Part shown: positions 36,731 to 47,051 of the stretch, one piece after another
Layout: every line of letters begins with the position of its first letter
Position numbering within the stretch: the first letter of the stretch is position 1
Virus record (IMG/VR): IMGVR_UViG_3300027754_005427
Coordinates: 1-64,000 of that record
Length of the DNA stretch: 64,000 bases
Reading direction: 5' to 3' (one strand)
Source: a virus
The notes under the pieces: generated by a model
What the model was told of the DNA's origin: nothing
Database searches by the model: none
What the model saw: the letters and a program-made list of their open reading frames with translations, nothing else
Program-made: the position numbers and the translations under genes

Positions 36731-36769
36731 TATAATTATAATATTTAAATAAAAAAACATATATAACGC

Positions 36770-37516
36770 ATGAGCAAAATAAATTTATCATATTGTACAA
36801 CATGTTGTAATAGACTATGGCAATTAGCTTTAACTCTACAAGATAATTTAGAAAATTTAAATAAAAAAGAAGAACTCATATTAGTAAATTATGGGAGTAC
36901 TGATAATTTAAACCGCTACATAAAATCAAGTTATTGGTGTCAAAAATTAATGGATGATAATAGATTTAAATATATAGATGTTTTAGATGTAAGCAATTAT
37001 AATTGCTCAAAAGCAAAAAATATAGCACATAGATTTGCCAGCGGTAAATTTCTAGTTAATCTTGATGCTGACAATACTAATTATCTAATTAATAAAAGAG
37101 TTTTAAATACTGATAATAGAGATGAAGTTTTGATTCATTTATGGAATAAAATCATGGGTGGAACTTTTGGAAAAATATGTATACCTAAAGATATTTTTTA
37201 TAAATTAGGAGGATATGATGAGTCTTTTCTTCCAATTGCATACCAAGATAACGATATAATGAACAGAGCAAAAGCTATGAATATTAAAGTTGTTGAAAAT
37301 CTAATATCCATAGGTGTAATAACAAATACCATAGAAGAAAAAGTAAATCAAACAGGATTAAAAAGTTGGTGGTCATGCTTACAAACTAATAAAACCACAT
37401 CAGAATTTAATATTTCAAACAATAAATTAATAGCAAACAAAGATACTGGGTGGGGATATGCAAAAGTAAAAATAAATTTTGGAAAAACACAAGAATTTAA
37501 AGAAATATTTCCATAA
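36770..37516 (+). CDS. GT2-like glycosyltransferase
   Basis: LVNYGSTD, KAKNIA, NLDAD, LGGYDESF..QDND. Confidence 0.75.
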   Translation: MSKINLSYCTTCCNRLWQLALTLQDNLENLNKKEELILVNYGSTDNLNRYIKSSYWCQKLMDDNRFKYIDVLDVSNYNCSKAKNIAHRFASGKFLVNLDADNTNYLINKRVLNTDNRDEVLIHLWNKIMGGTFGKICIPKDIFYKLGGYDESFLPIAYQDNDIMNRAKAMNIKVVENLISIGVITNTIEEKVNQTGLKSWWSCLQTNKTTSEFNISNNKLIANKDTGWGYAKVKINFGKTQEFKEIFP

Positions 37517-37609
37517 GCAAAATAATAATTATCATTGACTTATTTAAACAATATATTATATTTACATTGCGTACATTTGCCTTATATATTTAATAAAATA
37601 GAAATTATT

Positions 37610-38515
37610 ATGAATTTATCACTTTGTTGCATTTCTAATGTTTTATCTAATGAAGGCACTAGATTCAGAAGAATTACTTATAAAAGTTTTTCTAGTGTAA
37701 GTAAAAATGAAGCAATTAATAAAATAGGACTTATTGCTTTACATAATCTAGAAGTTTGCTTAAAAACAATTAAACAATGTGTAAACATTGGTATTTCTGG
37801 CTATAGAATTAGCAGCGATTTATTTCCTTTGCTAAATCATCCTGATATATGTATGGAAATTGATGATTTGCCAAATATAAAAGATATAAGTTTTTTATTA
37901 AATCAAATCAAATGCTTTGTTAAATCAAATGGAATAAGAATTTCTGCCCACCCAAGCGAGTATATAAGTCTTACTTCTGAAAACCCAAATACAATTTCTA
38001 ATTCAATTAATGACCTTGAACTACATGCTGATATATTTAATAGACTTGAATTACCTCTGAATTATCTATCGCCACTAAATATACACATTAGAAAAGATGG
38101 TAATGAAGAAGAGCTATCTAAAGTATTCATGAAAAATTTTCAAAGACTATCTGATGGTGTTAAAAAAAGATTAGTATTAGAAAATAATGATAATGTTAAA
38201 GGTGTTTGGAGTACTAAAAAACTAGTTGAAATATTTTACCAGAGACATAACATTCCTATTACTTTTGATTGTTTACATCATAAATTTCTTGCTGATAATT
38301 TATCAGAAAAAGAAGCATTTGATTTAGCTTACAAAACTTGGGATTGCCAACCACTTTTTCACTATAGTGAATCAAAAGACGGTACTAAAGCACATGCAGA
38401 TATGGCAAAAGAAATACCAAATTCTTATGAAAAAAATGTTATGTTCGATGTAGAATTAAAAGGCAAAGACTTAGCTATATTAGATTTAATTAAAAGAATT
38501 AATTTAAAAAAGTAA
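37610..38515 (+). CDS. uvsE: UV DNA damage endonuclease
   Basis: YRISSDLFP, RISAHP, NIH, RLVLENND, ITFDCLHH, HYSES..AHAD, VELKGKD. Confidence 0.9.
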   Translation: MNLSLCCISNVLSNEGTRFRRITYKSFSSVSKNEAINKIGLIALHNLEVCLKTIKQCVNIGISGYRISSDLFPLLNHPDICMEIDDLPNIKDISFLLNQIKCFVKSNGIRISAHPSEYISLTSENPNTISNSINDLELHADIFNRLELPLNYLSPLNIHIRKDGNEEELSKVFMKNFQRLSDGVKKRLVLENNDNVKGVWSTKKLVEIFYQRHNIPITFDCLHHKFLADNLSEKEAFDLAYKTWDCQPLFHYSESKDGTKAHADMAKEIPNSYEKNVMFDVELKGKDLAILDLIKRINLKK

Positions 38516-38951
38516 AAATAGAATATTCAGAATAATGATCTTTAGATATTAATTTTAAAATTTTTGGTAATTTTGGAAAAAAAACATCTGCTTCATAACA
38601 CCCATTAATCAAAGTTAAGAACAAGAAATTTAAATTCTGGTGATTTATTGCTTCTTCATAAATAGAGGCTCCTCCAATAATAAAAGGAGTTTGTTTTTTA
38701 AGCCAACAATAATCTAATGCTTTTTGAAGAGAATTAAACTTTAGATCTTTAGAAATTATTATATTTTCTCTATTTGGAAGAGGTTTTACTGGTAATGATT
38801 CCCAAGTTTTTCTTCCCATTATTAATGGACTTGTATTAGTTATTTCTTTAAAAAACTTCAAATCACCTTTTATATCCCAAGGTAATTTTCCTTTATAACC
38901 GATGCCATGATTTAAGTCCATAGCAGCAATAATATTAAATTTATTTGTCAT
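38499..38951 (-). CDS. folA: dihydrofolate reductase
   Basis: IGYKGKLPW..DLKFFK, IMGRKTWES..PLPNR, IIGGASIY, DVFFP; ATGA overlap with thyA. Confidence 0.9.
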   Translation of the reverse strand: MTNKFNIIAAMDLNHGIGYKGKLPWDIKGDLKFFKEITNTSPLIMGRKTWESLPVKPLPNRENIIISKDLKFNSLQKALDYCWLKKQTPFIIGGASIYEEAINHQNLNFLFLTLINGCYEADVFFPKLPKILKLISKDHYSEYSIFTFLN

Positions 38952-39799
38952 ACTGCAACTTGACCTTTTATGAAATCGTGTGAGTTGTAATTTTTCAATA
39001 CAGAGTCTACACAAGACCAATCAAAAATATTATTAAATTTAGTAGTTTCAATAGAAGGAAAAGACAAAGGAGTTCTTTTTAATTGAGTCTTTACTGCATC
39101 TATGTGATTTACATACAAATGAACATTATCTAAATAACCAGTTACCAATCCAGCTTCAAAATTGCTTTCTTTTGCTAATAAATGTAACAATAAAGCATAT
39201 GAAGCGATATTAAATGGTAAGCCAAGAAATGTATCAACACTACGCATGTGAAATGCTAAATGAATTTTATTATCTATCTTGGTTACAGTCCAAACAAAAT
39301 GACATGGTGGTAATGCCATAGAATCAAGTTGCGAAGGATTCCAAGCAGAACAAACCATTCTTCTATCATCTGGATTGCTTTTTAAGGTATCGACTATTTT
39401 TTTAAATTGATCATAGCCTTCTCCATTAAAATTACGCCATTGAACACCATAAATTGGGCCAAGTTCATTTTCTTTTAACTGATATTCTTTCTTATGTTCT
39501 TCGCTTAATCCTTGTGGAATAAGTTTTGGTGAACACCATTCATTCCAAATATTGCATTTGCGATCTTTTAGCCATTGTTTATCATGCAAGCCTTTTATGA
39601 AGAATTCCAACTCAACTTTTATTGAATTAAAGTTCATTTTTTTAGTTGTTAAAAGAGGAAATCCTTGATTCATATCATGCTGAAATAAAACATGAGGTAT
39701 AGCAATGGTATCTATGCCAGTTCTATTTTTGCAAATAATTCCATCTTTTAATATATTTCTTAATATTCCTAAATATAATTCTTCTGATGAATTTTTCAT
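38948..39799 (-). CDS. thyA: thymidylate synthase
   Basis: RTGIDT, FPLLTTK, LGPIYGVQWR, DRRM..AWNP..MALPPCH, RSVD.FLGLPFN, HLYVNH. Confidence 0.95.
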   Translation of the reverse strand: MKNSSEELYLGILRNILKDGIICKNRTGIDTIAIPHVLFQHDMNQGFPLLTTKKMNFNSIKVELEFFIKGLHDKQWLKDRKCNIWNEWCSPKLIPQGLSEEHKKEYQLKENELGPIYGVQWRNFNGEGYDQFKKIVDTLKSNPDDRRMVCSAWNPSQLDSMALPPCHFVWTVTKIDNKIHLAFHMRSVDTFLGLPFNIASYALLLHLLAKESNFEAGLVTGYLDNVHLYVNHIDAVKTQLKRTPLSFPSIETTKFNNIFDWSCVDSVLKNYNSHDFIKGQVAV

Positions 39800-39832
39800 T
39801 TTGTCCTCAATCTATAACATTCAACATTTATT

Positions 39833-39861
39833 ATTTTACTAAATAGTTAAAATTACGGCAA
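39833..39861 (-). promoter_or_regulatory. sigma70-type promoter for thyA-folA
   Basis: TTGCCG-N17-TAAAAT, GAGGA SD. Confidence 0.55.
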
Positions 39862-39970
39862 TGAAATTTAAAACAATAAAACTAAATAATTAGCACATGA
39901 AAAATTTAATATTAAAAAAATAATTTAATGAAGAAAAATACAGGTTTAAAAAGGAAATTATAAAAATATT

Positions 39971-40723
39971 ATGGTAGAAAAAATTAAAACATGCATTTGT
40001 GAAAATTTTCCATTAAGTTTAAACAATCAACTTTATGAATTTATAAAAGAAGAAAAAAGAATTAACAATGCATCAATTGCAGCAAGAACAGTCAATCTCT
40101 GGAAAGCTGGAAGAAAAATAAAGGTTTACTTTTCAATATTTAATGAAAATCCAAAAATTATTGATGAAATTCTTTTCGTAGCAAATGAATGGAGCAAGCA
40201 CTGTTCAATTCATTTTGTTTTTGAAAAACAAAAAGAAGCTTCTGATATTTATGTTTCGCTTAAAATTGGGAATGGATTTTATTCTGCTATTGGTTTGCAA
40301 TCAAAAGTATATATTTCAAAAGATAAACCATCAATGAATCTTGATCCATCTTGGGGATTAAAGTTTGGATTTAGTAAAAGAAAAGAATTAAGATTTAAGT
40401 ATTGCAAGTCCTTAGTATTGCATGAATTTGGACACTCATTAGGATTAATACATGAACATCAAAGAAGCAACAGGCCTTTTACTTGGGACAAAAGATATAT
40501 TAAAGAAAATTATTTAAAACTTGGTATGCCAACATTTAAAAGTGCTAAAGGAAATATTTTAAAAGTTTGTAATGTAAATGATATTGTAAAATCTAGATTT
40601 GATTATAAGTCAATTATGATTTATCCTTTTGATAAAAAAATGGTTAAAGAAAGGTTTGGAATTAAAATACCTTTAGGATTATCAAAAAATGATAAAATAA
40701 AAATATCAAAAATTTATCCATAA
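39971..40723 (+). CDS. astacin-like (M12) zinc metalloprotease
   Basis: HEFGHSLGLIHEHQR and SIMIY Met-turn. Confidence 0.85.
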   Translation: MVEKIKTCICENFPLSLNNQLYEFIKEEKRINNASIAARTVNLWKAGRKIKVYFSIFNENPKIIDEILFVANEWSKHCSIHFVFEKQKEASDIYVSLKIGNGFYSAIGLQSKVYISKDKPSMNLDPSWGLKFGFSKRKELRFKYCKSLVLHEFGHSLGLIHEHQRSNRPFTWDKRYIKENYLKLGMPTFKSAKGNILKVCNVNDIVKSRFDYKSIMIYPFDKKMVKERFGIKIPLGLSKNDKIKISKIYP

Positions 40724-40739
40724 TTAATATAATAATTAA

Positions 40740-41396
40740 ATGAATAATAAAAAATCAAAAATTAACATTAAAAAAAATAATTTAATTAAACAAAATGAAC
40801 ATCTAAAGGAAATGATAAAGAAGTTAAATTTAGAATTAAAAATTGTTAAAGAAAAAAATAATTTACAATTAAACGATGTTAAAGAAGCAGAAAAAACCCA
40901 AAATAATAAAGGAATTATAATACATGGAATTAATAAATTACATGACAATTGCTTTAATCTTCCTTGTATTTTTATAAGATTTCATGAAAGAAATATAAAA
41001 CTAAAAATAAACCGTAAAAGATCTTTTGGAACAACTTATACATATTCTGGATTTTTTGATAATTACAATATAGGTTTGAATAGTAAAAAAATAATCAATA
41101 AAAAATATAAGAAATTTAATTTAAATATTTTCTTTTATTTTAATAAGAAAGACAATCATTTGTATGTAAGTTCAGAAGGAAGTATAAGAAAAGAAAAAAA
41201 TATTATTGAATATATATTTTTCACAGAAAATAATAAAAAGCATTTTAAAAAATATAAATATGTAGAAGAAGAAACATTTAATTGGCCAATAATTCATAAT
41301 TTAAAAATTAAAGATATTAATTCAAATGAAGAAGAAGAAGTTAAAATTAAAATAATGAAATCTAATCAAATACATAAAAAAAACCCTAAAAGTTAA
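40740..41396 (+). CDS. hypothetical basic protein
   Basis: 218 aa ORF, N-terminal coiled coil. Confidence 0.55.
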   Translation: MNNKKSKINIKKNNLIKQNEHLKEMIKKLNLELKIVKEKNNLQLNDVKEAEKTQNNKGIIIHGINKLHDNCFNLPCIFIRFHERNIKLKINRKRSFGTTYTYSGFFDNYNIGLNSKKIINKKYKKFNLNIFFYFNKKDNHLYVSSEGSIRKEKNIIEYIFFTENNKKHFKKYKYVEEETFNWPIIHNLKIKDINSNEEEEVKIKIMKSNQIHKKNPKS

Positions 41397-41409
41397 TAAA
41401 TATATAACA

Positions 41410-41706
41410 ATGAATAAAGATATAGCTAATTTACTTTTTAAGACAGTACCAAAAATTACTTTCAAGGTAAACACAATTGATTACTCTGAGATATTTGAAA
41501 ATCTTTTACCTGATAATAATTTTGAAAATATAGAAAAACAACTTAAAGATAAGACAGTTTACATACCTTATGTTGATTACCCTTTAAAACATGGTGATGA
41601 ATTCGTACTTACAGGAATTCAAGCAACTAAAGTAAAAAACATGTATATTAATAAAAAGCCCAAAATACTTGAAATATTAAAAATTGAAAGCATTTTTGCT
41701 AATTAA
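41410..41706 (+). CDS. stand-alone copy of N-terminal domain of the RCC1 protein (49154-50533)
   Basis: PKITFKV.TI.Y.E....L.PD.NF.NI...LK..TVYI..VDY.LK.GDEF.L.G shared. Confidence 0.75.
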   Translation: MNKDIANLLFKTVPKITFKVNTIDYSEIFENLLPDNNFENIEKQLKDKTVYIPYVDYPLKHGDEFVLTGIQATKVKNMYINKKPKILEILKIESIFAN

Positions 41707-41722
41707 AAACAGGAGTAAATAA

Positions 41723-42694
41723 ATGAATTTTTTACTAGCACCAGGAATAGGAGATGTAACTTGGGCATTTTTTAAAATTCAATCTGTAGCAAAAAAATAC
41801 AACAGTGATATAAATGTAAAAATTGCTTGTGAAGAGATTAATCTTATTGCAAAAAGATCATTAGATTTCATTAAAAGATTTGATTTTATCAATAGTGTTG
41901 AATTGCAAGTCTTTCCAACAAATAATTCTAAGCATAGTGTAATTTTAAAACCAAATGAAAAAACAAACAAGAATGGAATATACAGATACATCAATAACGG
42001 AGAAACTAATAAATATAAAGATATTGATTTTGTTTTAATTGCAAACGGCTCTTTAGAGAGAGGAATTGCATTAGATAATTGGTTTCCTGAATATAAAATA
42101 AATTGGAATATTATGGAAGACCATTATAGTTTTACAAAAGAAGAATTAAATACAGCTAACGAATTAAAAAATGAAATAGGTGAATATGTAGTTTTTTATC
42201 TTGGCCCTTTGACAGGTAATTCAAAATGTGGAGCCAATAAAGATGCTCTTTGGAAACCAGAAGATTGGGAAAGACTAGGTGAATATATTTACAAAAAACA
42301 TGGCTACAAAATAGTATTAGTTGGTGCAAGCTATGATTTGACTTATTACAACAAATATTTAAAAAAACATATTAAAAATAAAAAGCATTGGGTTATAAAA
42401 ATTGGTTCATATGAAATAAATCAAACTTTTGCAATTTGCAAGAAAAGTAAGTTTGTAATTTCATATCCTTCAGGAATAGGAATTGTTTCGCATTATTTAA
42501 ATGTTCCCACTTGTATATTCAATAGGCCAAAGGGTAATTCTTGGCACAATAGCTATTATGTATCATTTAAAGAAAGCATGGCAGATGCTTGGGCATATCC
42601 AAACAGCAGTAAAAATAAAAGATTTTTATCTGCCATCTATACAAAAGACACAGCAGAAAGTATTTTTAATTTTGTTGATAATAATTGGTGTTAG
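41723..42694 (+). CDS. GT9 (heptosyltransferase)-like glycosyltransferase
   Basis: APGIGD, W..E.W..L, IVLVGA, VISYPSG..VPT. Confidence 0.65.
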   Translation: MNFLLAPGIGDVTWAFFKIQSVAKKYNSDINVKIACEEINLIAKRSLDFIKRFDFINSVELQVFPTNNSKHSVILKPNEKTNKNGIYRYINNGETNKYKDIDFVLIANGSLERGIALDNWFPEYKINWNIMEDHYSFTKEELNTANELKNEIGEYVVFYLGPLTGNSKCGANKDALWKPEDWERLGEYIYKKHGYKIVLVGASYDLTYYNKYLKKHIKNKKHWVIKIGSYEINQTFAICKKSKFVISYPSGIGIVSHYLNVPTCIFNRPKGNSWHNSYYVSFKESMADAWAYPNSSKNKRFLSAIYTKDTAESIFNFVDNNWC

Positions 42695-42703
42695 GTAAAA
42701 AAA

Positions 42704-43516
42704 ATGAACAATGATATATGCTTTAAAAAGATTTTAATTACAGGTGGAGTTGGAGATTTTTTAGCAATAGATTCTTTTTTAAGTTATAATCAAAAAAGAA
42801 ACATAGAAAAAATAATACTAGCAACAAGAGCATCTAATGAAATAAAATCATTGTTTAATGTAAAAAATACATATTACTCAAAATTAAAAAAAATTCAAAT
42901 ATTAAAATATAATTTTTTAGATAATCCTGCTTTTAACAGCAAAGAAATGGCAAAAGAATTTATTCCAATAAATGGATCTTTTTGGAATAATATTTATGAT
43001 GGTAGTATATCAAATATGTTTAAATTAATAAGATCTAAAGATTTAAAATTTCATGAATCTTCATTTTTAAATTTAAATATCAATATTAAAAAATTTAAAT
43101 TACCCGAAAAGTTTTTATTAATTTTGCCTTTTTCAAAAAATAAAGTAAATGAAAATCGTGATTTTAATGATGATGATTGGGAAAATTTAGAATCTTATTT
43201 AAGTAATAACAAAAAAAAAGGAGTTTGTATTGGAATAGAAAATAAAAAAATACCACAAAGTAAAAATTTAATAAACTTAATTAATCAAACAACAATGTTA
43301 GAAAGTATAGAAATTTTAAAAAAATCAACAGGATACATTGGAATTGATTCATGGATTAGTGTACTTGCACCAAAAGCTTTAAACAGAAAAAATATTTATA
43401 TAAAAACAATCAGCAAACACTGCTTTAGATTTTCTTCAATTTATTTTAAACCTTTTGTTACTAAAAATTTTATTTTTAGTAACTTGAAAGAAATAAATAA
43501 TTTTCAACAAAAATAA
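42704..43516 (+). CDS. GT9-like glycosyltransferase
   Basis: GGVGD, NLINLINQTT..ESIEIL..YIGIDS. Confidence 0.65.
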   Translation: MNNDICFKKILITGGVGDFLAIDSFLSYNQKRNIEKIILATRASNEIKSLFNVKNTYYSKLKKIQILKYNFLDNPAFNSKEMAKEFIPINGSFWNNIYDGSISNMFKLIRSKDLKFHESSFLNLNINIKKFKLPEKFLLILPFSKNKVNENRDFNDDDWENLESYLSNNKKKGVCIGIENKKIPQSKNLINLINQTTMLESIEILKKSTGYIGIDSWISVLAPKALNRKNIYIKTISKHCFRFSSIYFKPFVTKNFIFSNLKEINNFQQK

Positions 43517-43578
43517 CACAATATTATATTTGTAATATGTAAATACATTCAAGTATTAAATATTGCAAAAGGAATAAA

Positions 43579-44187
43579 ATGAAAGATGAAAAAATAATTA
43601 AAAGAATTAAAACTTTGTATAAAAATTTTAATCCTTACTGTTTAGAAGAAAACGATACATATTTTTCTAAAAATATAGAAAAAAACAAAGACTTAGTTCC
43701 TACCTATGGAGAAATATTACCAAAAGCAGTATCTAAATTAATAGTAAATTTAAACATAAAAGAAAACGATGTGTTTGTTGATCTTGGATGTGGAAATGGA
43801 AAAGTTGTCTTACAGTTTTATTTGCAAACGCAAGTTAAACATTCTTTAGGAATTGAATTTTCAACAACAAGATTTAAACAAGCAGCTGAAGTAAAAAACA
43901 AAATTATTTTAACTCCAAATAAAAAAATAGAATTTATAAGAGGAAATTTCTTAAATAAAGAAATAAATTTATCACATGGTACTATTTTTTATATTGCATC
44001 AACCTGCTTCTCAGATAAAACCATGATTAAAATATGGAATAAAATAATTAAAAACAAAAATTTAAAAGCAATAATGGTTTTAAAGGAATTTCCTAATGAA
44101 TGTGATTTTTCAAAAGTAAAAAGTATTAAGGATATAGCAGTTGGATGTTCTTGGGCGATAAGCCAAACAAAATTATACTATTTTTAA
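43579..44187 (+). CDS. DOT1-like lysine methyltransferase
   Basis: TYGEI..LNIKENDVFVDLGCGNGKVVLQ..L.T...SLGIE..R...A. Confidence 0.7.
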   Translation: MKDEKIIKRIKTLYKNFNPYCLEENDTYFSKNIEKNKDLVPTYGEILPKAVSKLIVNLNIKENDVFVDLGCGNGKVVLQFYLQTQVKHSLGIEFSTTRFKQAAEVKNKIILTPNKKIEFIRGNFLNKEINLSHGTIFYIASTCFSDKTMIKIWNKIIKNKNLKAIMVLKEFPNECDFSKVKSIKDIAVGCSWAISQTKLYYF

Positions 44188-44934
44188 CTATTTTAAAGCA
44201 AATGTATTTTGTTTTGAAATAGTTAACTCATCACCACTGTTTATTTTAACATTAGAAACAAAATAAACCTTTTCATTTTTTATAAAATAATTAATATTAG
44301 AATCTTCATTTACTTTGTAAATATTTGCAAAACCTAAAGGAATTAAAAAATTATTTTCCTTATTATAAAAAAACAATTTACTTAAACTGTGATTTTCACT
44401 TAAATAAAAAACATTTTTAAAATCAATAGTGTGAGATATTTCAACTGTTTCATTCTTTGCAATTTTTTCACTTGCATAAACACCATTTTTTTTAATTTCA
44501 ATTTTTCTACTTACAAAAACAGGTTTTTCTTTTTTTTTATTTGCATAAATTATTTTATTCATTATTTTTAAATTCTTATTTTTAAACCATTCATTGCCAT
44601 AATCTATGGTAATTTGCTGATTCTTTTCGATGGCTTTAACTGTTTTATAAATAATTTTATTTTTTAAAACAGTAAAAGATAAATTGTTAATTCCAGCAGA
44701 TGCATGATTATAAATAGATCCAAATCCAAAAGCTAAAGAATTTTTTTTACCATCGTAATGATAAGTATAATCGTTTGTTAATTTTAAATCTTCACATATT
44801 TCATTGTTATAAACATGCTTTGAAATTGCAACTTCAATAATTGTTTCTTTTGGAATATACTCTGATGTGAATATTCCATATCCAATATTTTTAACTTTAG
44901 AAACAAACAATCTTTTGTCTATAAATATTTTCAT
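44188..44934 (-). CDS. tandem SET-domain protein (second copy degenerate)
   Basis: GYGIF..IPKETIIE..GFGSIYNH..NL..QITIDYG; second GVYA..GFANIY..GDELTI. Confidence 0.75.
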   Translation of the reverse strand: MKIFIDKRLFVSKVKNIGYGIFTSEYIPKETIIEVAISKHVYNNEICEDLKLTNDYTYHYDGKKNSLAFGFGSIYNHASAGINNLSFTVLKNKIIYKTVKAIEKNQQITIDYGNEWFKNKNLKIMNKIIYANKKKEKPVFVSRKIEIKKNGVYASEKIAKNETVEISHTIDFKNVFYLSENHSLSKLFFYNKENNFLIPLGFANIYKVNEDSNINYFIKNEKVYFVSNVKINSGDELTISKQNTFALK

Positions 44935-44997
44935 TTAAACATTGTAATTGTTATTATTAAATAAATCAAGAAATTAAAATAAAACATTTAGTGTTTT

Positions 44998-45948
44998 TTA
45001 AAAATCATTAATGATTTCGCCATTTGCCCTTGTAACCAACGCAGCAAATGTATTAATTAATATATTGCTATTAATTGTCCTTACAGATCCATCTCCCATT
45101 AATGCATTCATAACATTAGTGTGAAATGAATAAGGTTGACCAGTACCTTCAGTTCCAAATGGAACCATATTATAAGATGTATAATCAAAACCATTTGTAC
45201 AATTAAAAGCACAATTGCCAGGGTAAGTTGTTCCAGTAGGATCAGAAGATATTAAATCTAAATCTGATGCAGGTCTACACCAACCTCCGCCATTTACTTT
45301 AACTGCTGGTATAGATCCAATTTTAACGCCTTTTCTATATAAATAAGGGCGACCAGCAGATTCTACAATAGCTAATGTGTTAGACAGACCATCCATTACA
45401 GATGCTATTTTTACTGTTTTATTCTTTTCAATAATTCCAGGTATTGCAAATCCTGTAGTATTTACATTTGTAGCAAGTGGACTTACTCCTGTAATTGCTG
45501 CATAATCTGTTATAGCAACAATATCCCATACTCCAGTTTGAGGATCACCATCTAATCGTTCTAAGCTAGAAGGACATTGAAATATTTTAATTGGTTGTTT
45601 TGCAATTGGTAAATTAGCTACGGAACTCCAAGTTGTTTTTAAATCATAAGATTTAACTAAATTACCTTGCTCTAAGAATGGCAAAACTGCAACTGCCCAG
45701 CTTATTCTTGGTAATGTTGTAACTCCGTTTGGCCTTGTACTAGTTGGAAAAGTTTCATTGTTTGCTGAAACATAAGAATGGATAGAAAGTCCAATTTGTT
45801 TTAAGTTATTTGCACATTGCATTTTGGCAGCAGAATCTCTAACCTTTTGTACTGCTGGTAGCAATAAACCAATTAAAATTGCAATTATTGCAATTACAAC
45901 TAAAAGTTCAATTAGTGTAAATCCTTTGTGGCTATTTTTAACAAACAT
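44998..45948 (-). CDS. DUF1559 prepilin-type protein with H-X9-DG motif (Planctomycetota-type)
   Basis: [52 protein letters not shown]...[18 protein letters not shown]. Confidence 0.92.
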   Translation of the reverse strand: MFVKNSHKGFTLIELLVVIAIIAILIGLLLPAVQKVRDSAAKMQCANNLKQIGLSIHSYVSANNETFPTSTRPNGVTTLPRISWAVAVLPFLEQGNLVKSYDLKTTWSSVANLPIAKQPIKIFQCPSSLERLDGDPQTGVWDIVAITDYAAITGVSPLATNVNTTGFAIPGIIEKNKTVKIASVMDGLSNTLAIVESAGRPYLYRKGVKIGSIPAVKVNGGGWCRPASDLDLISSDPTGTTYPGNCAFNCTNGFDYTSYNMVPFGTEGTGQPYSFHTNVMNALMGDGSVRTINSNILINTFAALVTRANGEIINDF

Positions 45949-45968
45949 AATTTAAACTACCTTTCGTT

Positions 45969-46211
45969 TTATAATTCCTGATCTTTATGCCAATGTATTT
46001 TATGGTCGCCTCTAGTATGTTTTTTATGGTGAATAATACTTTTTTTTATAGGCATATGGCCTCTATTGCTGAAAAGTGTATCTGGCTGCACTTCACCTAA
46101 TTTGATTATAATTTTATCGCCTTTTGGAGCTTTAGGATTATCTAAATTAAACATTTTTTTCTTTTTGTTTTCGCTCATAATCAACCAGTTTTTAAAAGTT
46201 TGGCCAAGCAT
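45969..46211 (-). CDS. small basic protein with leader-like MLGQTFKNWLIMSE
   Basis: 80 aa ORF. Confidence 0.6.
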   Translation of the reverse strand: MLGQTFKNWLIMSENKKKKMFNLDNPKAPKGDKIIIKLGEVQPDTLFSNRGHMPIKKSIIHHKKHTRGDHKIHWHKDQEL

Positions 46212-46259
46212 TTAATAAACCTTTTTTAAAAAAACAACTATTATATCTATAAATAACTT

Positions 46260-46655
46260 ATGAAAAAAATATTTAATATTTTCTTAGATCAAATTAATAA
46301 TTTAATTACATTTATTTGGAATTTATTATCATCTAAAAAGATGATAAAGTTTAACATGGCTGAAGCCAAAACTATTCTTTCTATAAGAAGTGGCAAGTGG
46401 CGTTCAGTTAGGAATAATTTTTTAGAAGAAAATCCATGTTGTAAAGTATGTGGAAGTAAAGAAAACTTAGTTGTTCATCACATAATTCCTTTTCATGTAG
46501 ATAAAAGTAAAGAATTAGATACGAATAACCTTATACCATTGTGCCAAAACAAAACAATGAACTGTCATTTTATATTTGGACATTTATTAAACTGGACAAA
46601 AAACAATCCAAATATTATTGAAGATTCTAAAATATGGAACGACAAGCTAAAATAA
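46260..46655 (+). CDS. HNH endonuclease
   Basis: CKVCG..LVVHHIIP..NLIPLC..CH..GH. Confidence 0.8.
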   Translation: MKKIFNIFLDQINNLITFIWNLLSSKKMIKFNMAEAKTILSIRSGKWRSVRNNFLEENPCCKVCGSKENLVVHHIIPFHVDKSKELDTNNLIPLCQNKTMNCHFIFGHLLNWTKNNPNIIEDSKIWNDKLK

Positions 46656-46770
46656 TATCATATTTTTAAATTTATATTAATATATAATTATAAGATTTAT
46701 TTTAAATAGATAAATCCTAACCTTGGTTAACAAAGGTTAAATTAAACTGTTTATAAACAAAGGAGAAATT

Positions 46771-46998
46771 ATGGCTAGTTTTCAAGTAAAGCTTGTTCCA
46801 GATGAAATTAATATCGGAAGCGAAGGTTATTTAGATACTTCTGTTTCTAATGGACTTTCTAAACAACGCACTGTTAATGTTATTAACACTGTTACTAGTG
46901 GTGGTGTTAGTGTAATGCATGTAGCATTAGCTGATGGCATGTATTTCAATGATACACCAGAAACATTATCAAATGTTCCTGGCATTATTTTAGATTAA
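46771..46998 (+). CDS. small hypothetical, possible virion decoration protein
   Basis: Strong AAGGAG SD, own terminator; FQVKL..QRTV..LADG.F motif loosely like the 41410 domain. Confidence 0.65.
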   Translation: MASFQVKLVPDEINIGSEGYLDTSVSNGLSKQRTVNVINTVTSGGVSVMHVALADGMYFNDTPETLSNVPGIILD

Positions 46999-47012
46999 AT
47001 TATTAAAGATTT

Positions 47013-47043
47013 GAAAAAGGCCTCTTATTTAGAGGCCTTTTTC
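47013..47043. terminator. bidirectional intrinsic terminator
   Basis: GAAAAAGGCCTCT-TATTT-AGAGGCCTTTTTC between convergent genes. Confidence 0.85.
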
Positions 47044-47051
47044 TATTTGTA

